From contig JBBRXO010000018.1 in assembly GCA_038248345.1 (NCBI GenBank), positions 1-33,357 of the forward strand: a stretch of 33,357 bases of DNA. Reading direction: 5' to 3'. The notes beneath the pieces are model-generated. The model saw only the letters and a list, made by a program, of their open reading frames with translations. It was not told the DNA's origin and did no database searches. The DNA comes from Armatimonadota bacterium. Lineage in GTDB: Bacteria; Armatimonadota; Hebobacteria; CAIYQO01. The position numbers were made by a program, and so were the translations under genes. Shown in pieces: positions 8,312-21,362 of this stretch (positions within the stretch are counted from its first letter, which is position 1; every line of letters starts with the position of its first letter).

Positions 8312-11300
8312 CTAGGGGGTTGCGGGGCCATTACCGGCGGTCCCGCGCGCTGGGTTCAACTTGATGTTATTGGCGGCAGCCAACTCCTGGGCTTCTTTCA
8401 CCACCGCTTTGTCTTCATCGGTCTTCGGCGGGCTGAAGTTGTCCACAACTTGCTGCAGCTTGATTCTCGCTCCGTTCAAGTCATTGGGGGTATTGCGTGC
8501 CAGTGCGCTTTTGGCCATCATGATCATGGATTTGCCCAACCAGGGTTGCATGTTGTAGATGCTCACCGCAGCGAATGATTTTAACGCTTCAGTGTAATTA
8601 GCCTCATCAAAATAGGTCTGGGCATACCAGAATTGCGCTTCTGGCTGCACATTCACTGCCCGATCAGCCAGTTTCTGGGTATCTGGGTTCGCTGTCTCGC
8701 GGTCACATTCACTTAGCGTCTTTTTCATATCTGCCCGGGCATCTACCGGCTTTTTGGCCAGTAATGAACAGCGGCCAGCGCCCAGCAGCGCGTCAAGCAT
8801 ATATTCGCCTTGTGGGGCGACGTCGACATACTTCAAATAAGTCTCACGGCCTTTCACGGCGCCATCCAGCGTGCCCATCTTCTCGTATGACTGTGCGCAC
8901 CAGAGTAAACTCTCTGTCGCATAGGTCGAGCCGACGCTGGCTGCCGCCTTGCTAAATTGCTCTACCGCCACCTGGTACTGGCCCAGGTTGTATGCGCACA
9001 CGCCATAGCGATACGCGATCAGCGGGCCGATCTTGCCCTGATCCGGGAGATTAGCCGCGTCCTGCAGATAGGGGATAGCCTTATCCCACATCGCAGTGGT
9101 CATATAAAACTCCGCTACGCGCAATTGGGCGTCAGCTACATATAGACTATTGGGATAATTCTCGCGCAGTTTTTTAAACTCGTCGTTGGATTTATCGTTA
9201 TCCTTCATCTCGATGTAAATTATCGCTTTGGTGTAGAGGGCTTTATCAGCCAGCAGGTTATCGGCGGGTATATTATCCAGGGCTTTAATTGCGCCAGCGT
9301 AATCTTTATTCATCGTCAAATCCTGCGCAAGCTGGTCATAGGCAGTATAGATCAGGTCGGTCCGCCCCGGATAATTAGCCACAATCTGCTGATAAGTTGC
9401 GATGGCGAGATCCGCCTTCTTCTTTTTCTCGTCCGGGTCAGTGGCCTGGTTCTTCATCTTATCTGCAATGCTGGCGACTATTATCAGTGCATCCGCTACG
9501 CGGGCAGATTTCGGGTGATCAATCACTGCCTTCTGGTAGCTGGCCAATGCCTGTTCATACTGTGAATTATTCAGGTAAGCCTGTGCCAGCAACATCTGGC
9601 TGCCCATCTGGTCGTCATCATTGACCAGCGTAGTTTTATTGAGCGCCTCCGCCACCGCAATCGCGTCAGTAGTCTTATTTGCGCCGAAGTAAGCCATGAT
9701 CAGCCCGCGTTGCAGCAAGGTGCGCAGCGTTGCATCAGTGTCTGTGCCCGTCCCCTGTGCTTCCAATGCGGCTTGGTAAGTCACTATCGCCTCATTGTAG
9801 CTGGTCACTGCATCGTCCGGCTTATTAATATTTTTCAACATGTCGCCGGTAATCTGTTGAGTAGCGCCGAGGAAATATCCGGCTTGTGCCGCATATTCAC
9901 CACCGGCTTTGGCATCCAACACCTGGCGTGCTGCAATGTTAGCGCGCGCCAGATGATCTTTGATAGCTGTCTCCTCCGCTGTATTCGCGGTAGTGATAGC
10001 GGCAGTAAATGCGGCTTTGGCAACGGCAATGTTGAGCGGCTTTACATCCAGCACTGTTCCGGCGGTGTTCATCGCCTTCTGGAAAGCGGCGTAGCTGACT
10101 GTCTCTGCCTGGGTATTATCCAACGCCCGGGACGCTTTGTCCATTGCCAAATGGAACTTGTTGATCGCAGCCGCATCAATCCCACCGTTGAGAATATTGC
10201 GCGCCTCCAGCAGATTATCATTAAAGGCAGCGCTGATCTTATTCTGCAGGCTGAATTCCTCGCGTGCCAGACGTAATGAGATACTGTTACCGGCGACGCC
10301 GGTTAGTTTGGCGTCATTCCAGGTACGCAATTCGGCCAGTGTCATCTGCCCTGCAATGCGGGCAATTCCGCGATTCGCCTCGGTAATCTCGGTAGCGGCA
10401 GGCCAGCGATCTATCACCGTCTTATATGCAGTAGCGGCATCGGTGCGTGATTTTACATCTTCAGCCGTAGCCAGTTCTTCGCGACAATAGGCGATGTAGA
10501 GGGAAACTTGCGCGGCTTTGTCATCCTTATCGCCCGCGGTCTGCAGGTAATCATTAAAAGCGTTGATGGCATCCTGATAATTTTTCCGCCAATCCGCAGC
10601 CTTGGGTTTCCCCTGCAGATAATAGGCGTTACCTAGCCAGTAGCGTGCCACTTGTGCCATGGCAGGGGATTTGCCGTTCCCAACCACGATGTTATATTCA
10701 ACAGCAGCGTCAGCGTAGCGCGTGCCCAGATTATAGAGGGCATGTGCGCGGTTAAGATGCAAGCTCGCAGCAGTTTCGCTGTTCTGATCAATGCCTACCA
10801 GAGCAGCCGCATAGGCTTTCTCCGCATTAGCATAATCTTTCTTTACTGCGTAAACTTGGCCCATCGCCGCACCCGCCTGCTGCTTGATCTCGGTACTGGC
10901 GGCGCCATCCTTCAGACAGGCGTTATACTGGTCGATTGCCTTGGAATAGAACGCTTCTTTCTTTACTGCATCAGTCTCTTCGTTCCCTTGTCTCAGGTAA
11001 GCGAAGCCCAGCGAAAGGATAGCGGCGCTGCGGATATCTGAAGCTGCATAACGCGGGTCGAGCACCTTCTCCAGAGCGGCGATCGCCTCGGGGTAATGCT
11101 TATCTTGCAATTGAATAGTACCGATCTTGTAATAAGCCCATGGCGCCAGTGTATGGTCCGGGGCTAGCACTGGCACCTTGGCATATTCCACCAGCGCAGC
11201 ACTGGTTTTACCATCTATATCACGGCAATCGGCCAACCAGTATTGGGCGCGCGCCGAAAGATCGGCATTCTTCGATTTCTGCAGGCAGTTGTTATACGCC

Positions 11301-11722
11301 ACTGCCGCCAGCTCGTATTGTCCCAGTTTGGCGTTACATTCACCCATGTGGAAATAGGCTTCTGCGCGGTTATTCTCTAACACCGCGCTCGAGGCTGCCG
11401 GGATTGTACCTGCCGCCGACATCTGCTCATACGTTGCCACCATGCCGGAATAGGCGGATATGGCATCCGTTAAGTTCGGCGGGGTCATCAGCTGATAACT
11501 GCGTCCCAGAAAGAAGAGTGCATCCGGTTTCTTTACTGATGCCGGGTAGTTCTTCAAAAAAGACTCTAATCCGCTGGCGGCTTCTTTGTAGTTCTGCATA
11601 TCGAAGAAGCTCTGGGCGCCTGCATAAGCGACCTTGTCTTCATTGGCAGCCCATACTGAACTGAAAGCCAGTATCCCCAGCAACATCAGCACAACGAATC
11701 TGGCTGAACTAAATAAACGCAT
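8312..11722 (-). CDS. Large secreted tetratricopeptide repeat protein (CpoB/BamD-like TPR units)
   Basis: Signal peptide; many TPR units (A.Y.LG..Y, YP.S..AD.A); AGGAGG SD. Confidence 0.88.
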   Translation of the reverse strand: MRLFSSARFVVLMLLGILAFSSVWAANEDKVAYAGAQSFFDMQNYKEAASGLESFLKNYPASVKKPDALFFLGRSYQLMTPPNLTDAISAYSGMVATYEQMSAAGTIPAASSAVLENNRAEAYFHMGECNAKLGQYELAAVAYNNCLQKSKNADLSARAQYWLADCRDIDGKTSAALVEYAKVPVLAPDHTLAPWAYYKIGTIQLQDKHYPEAIAALEKVLDPRYAASDIRSAAILSLGFAYLRQGNEETDAVKKEAFYSKAIDQYNACLKDGAASTEIKQQAGAAMGQVYAVKKDYANAEKAYAAALVGIDQNSETAASLHLNRAHALYNLGTRYADAAVEYNIVVGNGKSPAMAQVARYWLGNAYYLQGKPKAADWRKNYQDAINAFNDYLQTAGDKDDKAAQVSLYIAYCREELATAEDVKSRTDAATAYKTVIDRWPAATEITEANRGIARIAGQMTLAELRTWNDAKLTGVAGNSISLRLAREEFSLQNKISAAFNDNLLEARNILNGGIDAAAINKFHLAMDKASRALDNTQAETVSYAAFQKAMNTAGTVLDVKPLNIAVAKAAFTAAITTANTAEETAIKDHLARANIAARQVLDAKAGGEYAAQAGYFLGATQQITGDMLKNINKPDDAVTSYNEAIVTYQAALEAQGTGTDTDATLRTLLQRGLIMAYFGANKTTDAIAVAEALNKTTLVNDDDQMGSQMLLAQAYLNNSQYEQALASYQKAVIDHPKSARVADALIIVASIADKMKNQATDPDEKKKKADLAIATYQQIVANYPGRTDLIYTAYDQLAQDLTMNKDYAGAIKALDNIPADNLLADKALYTKAIIYIEMKDNDKSNDEFKKLRENYPNSLYVADAQLRVAEFYMTTAMWDKAIPYLQDAANLPDQGKIGPLIAYRYGVCAYNLGQYQVAVEQFSKAAASVGSTYATESLLWCAQSYEKMGTLDGAVKGRETYLKYVDVAPQGEYMLDALLGAGRCSLLAKKPVDARADMKKTLSECDRETANPDTQKLADRAVNVQPEAQFWYAQTYFDEANYTEALKSFAAVSIYNMQPWLGKSMIMMAKSALARNTPNDLNGARIKLQQVVDNFSPPKTDEDKAVVKEAQELAAANNIKLNPARGTAGNGPATP

Positions 11723-11855
11723 AGTTTCCTCCTGCTCATAGCGATGGCTATACTACCACGGGCGGCATTACAAACTTTGCAGCCGCCATAGTTGCCTTTG
11801 TCATTATTGTACCACGCTGTGTAATATTAAGACACTAGCACGGGCAAATAGTTCC

Positions 11856-12656
11856 CTAACACCCCAGTACAATCTCCGCATTACCGCCGAGGATCGCCGC
11901 CTTTTCCTCATCCGTGAGGGGAAGCGCCCGAATCACCGCCATCTCCTCGGCCTGCCCGGTCCACGGAGAGTCGGTGGCAAAGAGGATTCGCTGTGCTCCG
12001 TGAGCACGCACCATCTCTATAAATTTATCCGCTCCCATATGCGGCAGCGAGTAGCTGGTGTCCAGGTACAGTTCCCGCCCGACCAGATTTTCGCTCACGT
12101 CCTCCCACTGGCTAAAGCCCCCCATATGCGCCGCCACCGCAGTGAGCATGGGGACGGCATCCAGAAGGCGCGCCAGCCGCTCGGGTGGGCAATGTACCGG
12201 CGGGGGCAGACCGATGTCCACCCCGGTGTGGAAGAGCGCGATGAGACCCGCGTCGGCGAGTGCCCGGCAGATGGCGATCATCGCCGGATCATCTACAAAG
12301 GTATCCTGATAATCGGAGTGGAATTTTACCCCCGGCACGCCATTCTCGGCCAGCCACGCAATCTCTTCCGCCCAGTCCTCCTGCGCCGGGTGCAGCGTGC
12401 CGAAGGAGATCACCCCGCCATCCACCGCATTAAGTTCCGCCGCCCATTTGTTGATGCTATGCGCCTGCTTTGGCCGCGTAGCAATAGGCATGGCGATGGC
12501 GATATCAATCCCCGCCGCCCGCATACTGGCGCGTAGCCCCGCCGCCGTGCCGTCAGTAAATGGCGGCACCCCCGCCTTCGCCGACAACTCCGCAATCGCC
12601 CGCCCCGCCAGCGCATCCGGGAAGATATGGGTGTGAAAATCAATAATTTTAGACAT
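11856..12656 (-). CDS. Amidohydrolase family protein (Amidohydro_2-like)
   Basis: IIDFHTH, GVKFH, FHTG, AHMGG, DTS, RILFATDSPW, ILGGNA. Confidence 0.9.
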   Translation of the reverse strand: MSKIIDFHTHIFPDALAGRAIAELSAKAGVPPFTDGTAAGLRASMRAAGIDIAIAMPIATRPKQAHSINKWAAELNAVDGGVISFGTLHPAQEDWAEEIAWLAENGVPGVKFHSDYQDTFVDDPAMIAICRALADAGLIALFHTGVDIGLPPPVHCPPERLARLLDAVPMLTAVAAHMGGFSQWEDVSENLVGRELYLDTSYSLPHMGADKFIEMVRAHGAQRILFATDSPWTGQAEEMAVIRALPLTDEEKAAILGGNAEIVLGC

Positions 12657-12736
12657 CGTTCTGGTCCTCTATTGTGAGGAATTATAGCAATAAACTGCAT
12701 TCCTGCGAAGCAGCCTTTCGACCGGGTGGTGGCGGG

Positions 12737-14915
<2,179 letters not shown>

Positions 14916-14926
14916 TTATAGCAGAT

Positions 14927-15889
14927 TTATAGCTCCACCTTCACCAATTTAATCACCATTTCGGTTTCGCCTTTATTGGCAATCACCATCAACAATCGGG
15001 TGAGTTGATAACCAGGGATCGTGTAACCCCAGTCGCAGAGTTGCCATTTACCGGGGGGAATGTCATAGGGTAGCGTGCCGATACCGTCTTTATCGGAAGT
15101 GATCTCGATAAGCGGTAAAAAACGGGAAACGGAGGAGGGCATCAGCAAAAATTTACCGCTCACCTTTATATCAATGCCTTCTTTGTCCACAAAGCGGGTA
15201 TTGATATGTCCGCCGGGGAGCAGCGCTAATGGCTTGGGGGCGGCCACAGTACCGTCAGCCGCGACATCAAAAATAGCGGTAGCATACCCATGATTGCTGA
15301 TAAACAAAACGGCAAAGCGATATCCGGGGTATAAGTCGAAGTGATACCCTTTCTCTGTCACCTTCACCGGGGTGGTAAAGGTGAGGCTGTTGAGCCCAAA
15401 ATTAGTCACATAGCAGCGTAAATTTAGTACATCTTCTTTCGTCTTCGCCTTATTATCCAGCAGCAGATCACCATCCACTGGCGCCAACGGGGGCAATACC
15501 CAGGCGTAAAGGTTGGCGCCCGCCAAAATCTCGATCGTTTTCGGCCCGTAAGATATATCCATCGTGGTCAGGTGCAAATATACTTCATGGGGTCCGGGGG
15601 TGATATCAAATGTCATGGTGCTGGCATCATCTGTGGGAAGCGGCACGCCATCCGTTTTAATCGGCTCACCTGTTGAATTTTTTAATATAGTAGTGACAGA
15701 TACCGCCCCACCTGTCCATGCAGTCCCATCATGATTCTGCACTATCACGCGTAACCAGGTGTTTATTTGCTGCGGTTGCGCGGCGCAAAAAAACGCGGCA
15801 AACAGAAATATGGCGAGCAGGACGAAAATCCTAACGCCCACTCGTTGCCGAATATTGCTGAGCCTATCAGATAATCTTCCGTTTTGCAT
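14927..15889 (-). CDS. Secreted beta-rich hypothetical protein, paralog 3
   Basis: Signal peptide; TWLRVIVQNHDGT and GPKTIEILAGANLYAWVLPP resemble segments of its neighbours. Confidence 0.75.
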   Translation of the reverse strand: MQNGRLSDRLSNIRQRVGVRIFVLLAIFLFAAFFCAAQPQQINTWLRVIVQNHDGTAWTGGAVSVTTILKNSTGEPIKTDGVPLPTDDASTMTFDITPGPHEVYLHLTTMDISYGPKTIEILAGANLYAWVLPPLAPVDGDLLLDNKAKTKEDVLNLRCYVTNFGLNSLTFTTPVKVTEKGYHFDLYPGYRFAVLFISNHGYATAIFDVAADGTVAAPKPLALLPGGHINTRFVDKEGIDIKVSGKFLLMPSSVSRFLPLIEITSDKDGIGTLPYDIPPGKWQLCDWGYTIPGYQLTRLLMVIANKGETEMVIKLVKVEL

Positions 15890-16810
15890 TTAGTTCCCCG
15901 GTAATTTCTCCAGCTTGATCTTCAACTCAGTCTCCTCTCCCCCCACTACGGTGACTGCACCTACCGAAGCTGTGAAGCCGGTCAATGCGGCAGACCAACG
16001 CCATCCACCCGGGGGCAAATCGATGGCGCCAGCGCCATTATCATCCGTGGTGACTTTGATCACCGGGATAAAATTGGGCGCTATCTCGCGACGCAACGTG
16101 ATGGTAGAGAACTCTGGCAGTGGCTTATTGTATTTATCGACGAATTGCAACAACACCCGCCCGGCTGCGAGCACAGGGAGCGGTGGCGGCGGTGATATCT
16201 TGCCGTCCGCAGGAATATCGTACTCGGTGACAGCATACCCCCGTTCGCAGTATATCAGGGCAGTATATTTCCCCACCGGCAAACCCACCAATTTATAACC
16301 GTTGGTAGTATTTAAAATAGGCACACTGAAAACACGCCCATTCCCACCCTGTGCCATCAGCTGGCATTGCAATTTCAATATCTCTGCTTTGGGCTTTCCA
16401 CCCAGCAACATGTCACCAGCAACCGGGTAGAGCGGGGGCAACTTCCACGTAAAATTGTTGGCACCCTGGGATATTTCTATCGTTTTAGGCCCATCGATGA
16501 TGCCGTAGGCGAGTACCATCAAAGACAATTCATGCGTACCGGGGGTAAGGTCACTATACACCATCTCTCCGAGTTCATTGGAGATAAGCGTGCCATCATC
16601 AACACGAGTATTGGGTTTGTTCTCCGGGAGCAAATATAGCGTGGGGGAGAAAGAAGAGGTAGAAAATAACGTATCATCCGCCAGCCGAACCTCTATATGC
16701 AGCCAGGTTAGCTTGCTCGCTGGCTGCGCCATCACAATAAGCGATAGCACCATTGTCGCCACCAGAATTATGAGTAACCGACTATTTTTCATCTGCTCCC
16801 ATAGCCTCAA
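15890..16810 (-). CDS. Secreted beta-rich hypothetical protein, paralog 2 (start may be ATG 16792)
   Basis: Signal peptide; TWLHIEVRLADDT, GPKTIEISQGANNFTWKLPP, TTDDNG...LPPG.W. Confidence 0.75.
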   Translation of the reverse strand: MRLWEQMKNSRLLIILVATMVLSLIVMAQPASKLTWLHIEVRLADDTLFSTSSFSPTLYLLPENKPNTRVDDGTLISNELGEMVYSDLTPGTHELSLMVLAYGIIDGPKTIEISQGANNFTWKLPPLYPVAGDMLLGGKPKAEILKLQCQLMAQGGNGRVFSVPILNTTNGYKLVGLPVGKYTALIYCERGYAVTEYDIPADGKISPPPPLPVLAAGRVLLQFVDKYNKPLPEFSTITLRREIAPNFIPVIKVTTDDNGAGAIDLPPGGWRWSAALTGFTASVGAVTVVGGEETELKIKLEKLPGN

Positions 16811-16811
16811 T

Positions 16812-17801
16812 CTACATTTGCACGGTAGCCTCAGCTACAATACCCAATTTCACACTGATATTACCAGTTTTTAACGTATTAATCATTTTGGCCGGATTCT
16901 TTTTATCCGGTATCTGGAAGGTGACCGAGTAGCTATACGTTCCCAGTGGTAGTTGCGGGGTAGCGATCACCCCGTTTTCATCTGCGGTGAATCCAACGGT
17001 GAAGTTCACCTCGGTATCCGGATTCTTCGCCGTTACGGCAACGTCATTGATAGTGGTAATAGGATTCAGGCTGAAAGATACTACCGTCCCCGGCATCGGT
17101 TTTTCTGCCACATCGAGGAGCGTGAGTTTGATATTCCCACCCAGTGTGAGGGTGGTCAACGGCGCGGAAAAGGTTTTTACTGTTCCTGCCGCTACAACGA
17201 GGGTGACCTGGTTAATGTATCCCTGATCGGTAAAAAAACTCATAGTGTAGCTGCCTGAATAGGGAACAGTTAGGGAATATTTACCCTCAGGAGTGACGGT
17301 GAAGGTTGGGATTATATTCAGGCTCTTCTGATTCCTCAACGCAGCACTAAATATGCCACGGCGTGTTGCGGTCACGTTATATCCGAAACTCCCCTTTTTG
17401 ATCGCCACCGGCTTTTTGCCATCCAGGGTAAATTCTCCCGTCACGACAATGGGAGCTTCCAGTGTCCAAACATAACAATTCGCTCCCCATTGTAACTCAA
17501 TCGGTTGGCTGAGCAACGACAACCCAACGGCGGGCAATGAAACATTGATCTCATATCTGCCGGCCATCAGCCCAATAAGCACGGTCTCATAACCATCAAT
17601 ATTGGTAGCAACACTCATCAAAGGGCCGACAAAAAGCTTTTTGATGCTTACAGTAGGCGCGGTTGGATAAGGTGTGCCATCTGCATTGAGTACTGACACC
17701 CGTAGCCAGGAGATGTCCGGGGACGGCTGTGCCGCTCCTGCCACTGCTAATGCCAATAAGGCAATTATTAAAAAAATATATCGGTACGTCATGGCACCCA
17801 T
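16812..17801 (-). CDS. Secreted beta-rich hypothetical protein, paralog 1 (carboxypeptidase-regulatory-like folds possible)
   Basis: Signal peptide; SWLRVSVLNADGT, PIELQWGANCYVW, TADENG...LPLGTY. Confidence 0.75.
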   Translation of the reverse strand: MGAMTYRYIFLIIALLALAVAGAAQPSPDISWLRVSVLNADGTPYPTAPTVSIKKLFVGPLMSVATNIDGYETVLIGLMAGRYEINVSLPAVGLSLLSQPIELQWGANCYVWTLEAPIVVTGEFTLDGKKPVAIKKGSFGYNVTATRRGIFSAALRNQKSLNIIPTFTVTPEGKYSLTVPYSGSYTMSFFTDQGYINQVTLVVAAGTVKTFSAPLTTLTLGGNIKLTLLDVAEKPMPGTVVSFSLNPITTINDVAVTAKNPDTEVNFTVGFTADENGVIATPQLPLGTYSYSVTFQIPDKKNPAKMINTLKTGNISVKLGIVAEATVQM

Positions 17802-17803
17802 CT

Positions 17804-18970
17804 TTATATCATTTTTGCGAGTTCAAACAGTATCTTTACGATTTTGCTGGCGGCCTCTGGATGCCCCAGTTTGCGACATGCCAGCGCCATCCTTTGTCGT
17901 CGTGCCAGGTCAGGAAGTAACTCCCGTAACGTCACTAACATACGCTCCGCTGACAATTCGGCATCGGTTATCACCACTGCTGCCCCTGCTTCCGCAAAAG
18001 GCGCTGCATTGCGCGTCTGGTGATCATTCGCTGCCCACGCCCCCGGTACCAGCACCATGGGGATACCCCGTGCGGCGATCTCCGCCAAAAACGTCCCCCC
18101 TGCGCGTGAGATAATGAGATCACTGGCCGCCAGCAAATTGTGCACCTCGTCCAGATAACCCCACTGGTGGTAATGCAACCCCAGCTCTTGCACTTCTTCT
18201 TCCGACAATCCGCCGCCGCGCCGCGCGCCTACCTGGTGCGCCACCTGCCAGCCATCGCGGAACCATGCTTCCTTCGCCAGCTCGCGTAAGGCACCGCTGA
18301 CAGCGTCATTCACTGGCGTCGCCCCCAGGCTGCCGCCGACAATGGATAATACGCTCCTGCCTTCGTCCAGTTTTAACGCTTTCCGCCCTTCCGCAGGCGT
18401 GGTGTCGATGACCGCCGGGCGCACCGGATTACCCACTGCCTCAGTGCGTACCCCCTGCTGGCGGAAGAATTTACCGGATTTTTCCGAGATCACAACCGCC
18501 GCTTTGATAAAACCCGCTACCATCCGGCTAGTAACGCCAATCTCCTCGTTCTGCTCTACCAGCACCGCCGGAATTTTCAACAGCCACGCAGCGCAGAGTA
18601 CCGGGCCACACACGTAGCCACCGGTGCCCACCACTACATCCGGGCGGAATTTGCGCAACAGCCGCATTGATTGCCAGATGGGTAATCCGCTGGCAATCTC
18701 TACCACCCCCAGCAACCGCTTGAGTAACCCGGCGGGTGTCCAGCGCCCGGCCAGCCCGTGTACGCTGATAGTTTTGAAGTCAAAGCCTGCCGCAGGTACA
18801 ATAGTGGACTCCATGCGATCTGCCGTGCCGATATAGAGGATCTGCGCCTCCGGTTGCTGGGCGCGCAACGTTTGTGCCACTGCCAGCGCAGGCATGATAT
18901 GCCCCCCGGTGCCCCCCCCGGCGAATACGGCCCGTATCGCCCTTTTCTCCTGTGGTGTTTCTACAGTCAT
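17804..18970 (-). CDS. murG: Lipid II GlcNAc transferase MurG
   Basis: GGGTGGH, GTGGYV, EQN, GNPVR, GGSLGA, SRAG, HQTRNA. ATG 18970 preferred over TTG 18982. Confidence 0.93.
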   Translation of the reverse strand: MTVETPQEKRAIRAVFAGGGTGGHIMPALAVAQTLRAQQPEAQILYIGTADRMESTIVPAAGFDFKTISVHGLAGRWTPAGLLKRLLGVVEIASGLPIWQSMRLLRKFRPDVVVGTGGYVCGPVLCAAWLLKIPAVLVEQNEEIGVTSRMVAGFIKAAVVISEKSGKFFRQQGVRTEAVGNPVRPAVIDTTPAEGRKALKLDEGRSVLSIVGGSLGATPVNDAVSGALRELAKEAWFRDGWQVAHQVGARRGGGLSEEEVQELGLHYHQWGYLDEVHNLLAASDLIISRAGGTFLAEIAARGIPMVLVPGAWAANDHQTRNAAPFAEAGAAVVITDAELSAERMLVTLRELLPDLARRQRMALACRKLGHPEAASKIVKILFELAKMI

Positions 18971-19094
18971 AGCTATCAACAAGCGCCCCGCAAGCCGCCT
19001 ACCTTTCTTCTAATACGAATATTATAGCAGGTGGAGAGGATGGTGTCAGGATTGCCCTTGGCATGGGGGTACCGGCATGAGAATATTAATTTTT

Positions 19095-19332
19095 TCCAAG
19101 GCGGACTTCGCCCACAACCCAATTCTAAATTATCAGCTACTAGGGTTCAATAGCTATCAATCGGATAATAACATAGCCCCGGGCGAAACCCGGGTGAGAG
19201 GTTAATCTATTAATGTCATGATTTACTAACCCTTCCCCAGGTTGCGCCCGGGGCTAGGTTAGTATTCCAGATGAATGGTTAAGAACCGTGGTAGCGCGTA
19301 TTGAGTTCGGTTCCGGCTTGGCCGGGTTAGGT
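19095..19332. mobile_element. Non-coding MITE-like element: 28-bp end motif, long internal inverted repeat (family C), related inverted end
   Basis: Imperfect ~60-bp arms 19136-19194 and 19236-19295 (core TAGCCCCGGGCG.AACC.GGG). Left motif at 19095-19122; the right end reads ACCTAACCCGGCCAAGCCGGAACC on the minus strand. Confidence 0.55.
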
Positions 19333-19395
19333 AAAACCACGGTATTTAAGAACACCTTCCTCAAGTAGCGACGCCAAGCGTTTCCCTAAAAGCTC

Positions 19396-20475
19396 TTATT
19401 TCTCCCGCTGTACCATACTGGAGGCGAGTTCGCGTAAATACCCGATGGCGTCGTTCTCCGGGAGTTGTTCCAGATAGCTCAGTGCCTCATCGCGGTACTG
19501 GTTGGCACGTTCCTGGACATCTGCAACGGCCCCCAGGCGCACTAGCAGCTCTGTTGCCGCCGCGATTTCCGCCAGGGTAGCGGCATTGTTGCCCAGCACT
19601 CCGCTCAACAACTCACGCTCGGCATCGGTGGCGCGTTCCCAGGCCATAGCGATAATAAGCGTACGTTTCCCTTCACGCAGGTCTCCGCCGATGGGCTTGC
19701 CCAGCGTACCCTGATCGCCGACGATGCCCAGGACGTCATCCTGCAATTGAAAAGCGATGCCCGCACGCTCGGCAAAGGCCGCGAGCGTATATACGTGTTC
19801 GTCTTCTTTCTCATGTCCCAGTGCCAGCAGGCTCCCCGTCCAGGCGCAGAAACCGAAGAGGGCGGCAGTTTTAGTGAGGATAACGCGCAGGATATCATCC
19901 TGGGTCACCATATTCACCGGAATATAGGGCAACTGGATATCGCGCACTTCCCCCTCGCAAATTGCCGGGCCTACCTGCCCCTGTAAGCGACGAATAATCC
20001 GCAGCACCACCAGTGGGTCAATATCGAAATTACGCGGCAGGGTGGCGAGAAGCAAAATCGCCCACGATTGTAGACAATCGCCGGCGAGGATGGCCATGGA
20101 AACGCCATAATGCGCGGCTTCGTCGGTGAGGCCATAATTTTCCTCCCCCACCCCGGCCAGCAGTTTATGCACACTGGGCTTGCCGCGCCGCACCGGGTCG
20201 CGGTCGATGACGTCATCATGCACCAGCGTATAGGTGTGATAAAGCTCAATCGCTAATCCCGCATGCAGGGCGATCTTCTCATCGCCGCCCAGCGCGCGAC
20301 AACACCATGCGGTGAGCGCCGGACGCATAAATTTCCCCCCCCGCGTCGGATAGGCGAGTACCGCCCTCCGCAATTCGGGTGGGTTAAATTGCGGATGTAA
20401 CGACGGATCCTGCAACAGTTCACGTACACACTCGGCAATACGTGCTAGTTCATCATCATATTTAAGGGGCATCAA
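19396..20475 (-). CDS. Polyprenyl diphosphate synthase, probably short-chain GGPP synthase (IdsA-like)
   Basis: GGKFMRP, FARM DDVID with Tyr at -5, RRG, KTAALF, FQLQDDVLG, DLREGKRT. Confidence 0.9.
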   Translation of the reverse strand: MMPLKYDDELARIAECVRELLQDPSLHPQFNPPELRRAVLAYPTRGGKFMRPALTAWCCRALGGDEKIALHAGLAIELYHTYTLVHDDVIDRDPVRRGKPSVHKLLAGVGEENYGLTDEAAHYGVSMAILAGDCLQSWAILLLATLPRNFDIDPLVVLRIIRRLQGQVGPAICEGEVRDIQLPYIPVNMVTQDDILRVILTKTAALFGFCAWTGSLLALGHEKEDEHVYTLAAFAERAGIAFQLQDDVLGIVGDQGTLGKPIGGDLREGKRTLIIAMAWERATDAERELLSGVLGNNAATLAEIAAATELLVRLGAVADVQERANQYRDEALSYLEQLPENDAIGYLRELASSMVQREK

Positions 20476-20485
20476 ATAACCTCTT

Positions 20486-21304
20486 CTATTGTTTATACCT
20501 TAGATTAGCTAAAAATTCCACACAAACTTCATCAGGAATTAATAAACTCCCAATATTTCTCGGTAAGGAGCCGCCCGGGCCGTGGCTATCGGAGCCGCCG
20601 GTCACCACCAGACCGAATTCACGCGCCCGTACCAGCATCCGCGCGGTGAGTTGCGGGCTATGATCGCTGTGATAAACCTCCAGCCCATCCAGGCCAGCGG
20701 CACACAGTTGCCGGATAATCCGCACTGGGTCGCCCAATTTTCCCGGGTGCGCCAGCGATGTTATCCCCCCCGCGGCGTGTATCAAGGCAATTGCCGACTC
20801 GGGCGTATACGGTGGGCGCGGCACATAGGCCGGGCAACGGCTACCCAGCAGACGGGCGAAAACTTCGCCTTCGTTGGGCATGTGCCCTGCTGCCACCAGC
20901 GCCCGCGCCAGATGTGGACGGCCAATTGCTCCCTCATTCGCCAGCACCGCCGCATCATCCAATGGATACCCGATATCCTTCAGCCGTTTCAGCATCAGCC
21001 GGGCGCGGTTTCTTCTATCCTCGCGCAATTGCGCCAAGCCAGCTAATAGCTGCTGATTGTCAGGATCGAAACCGTAGCCGAGGATATGTACATTCTCGCG
21101 CTTCACCTCGGTGTTTATCTCCACCCCGGCTATCACCTGCACGCTCGCCGCCGCTGCCTGCGCCGGGGCAATACCCGCCACCGTGTCATGGTCAGTAATA
21201 GCAATTACCATCACCCCCCGCTCTTCCGCCGCCGCCACTACCTCCACGGGCGTCAGGGTGCCGTCGCTGCAGGTCGTATGTAGATGCAGGTCAAAGGTAC
21301 TCAT
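20486..21304 (-). CDS. PHP domain phosphoesterase (YciV/TrpH-like)
   Basis: DLHLHTTCSDG, AITDHDT, GVEI, HILGY, GRPHLA, LAHP, GGSDSHG. Confidence 0.92.
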   Translation of the reverse strand: MSTFDLHLHTTCSDGTLTPVEVVAAAEERGVMVIAITDHDTVAGIAPAQAAAASVQVIAGVEINTEVKRENVHILGYGFDPDNQQLLAGLAQLREDRRNRARLMLKRLKDIGYPLDDAAVLANEGAIGRPHLARALVAAGHMPNEGEVFARLLGSRCPAYVPRPPYTPESAIALIHAAGGITSLAHPGKLGDPVRIIRQLCAAGLDGLEVYHSDHSPQLTARMLVRAREFGLVVTGGSDSHGPGGSLPRNIGSLLIPDEVCVEFLANLRYKQ

Positions 21305-21362
21305 ACGTCTCGCTCCCACCTAAACCGATGTCCATTCTTTCCAAAAAAAGGGACAATATGTA

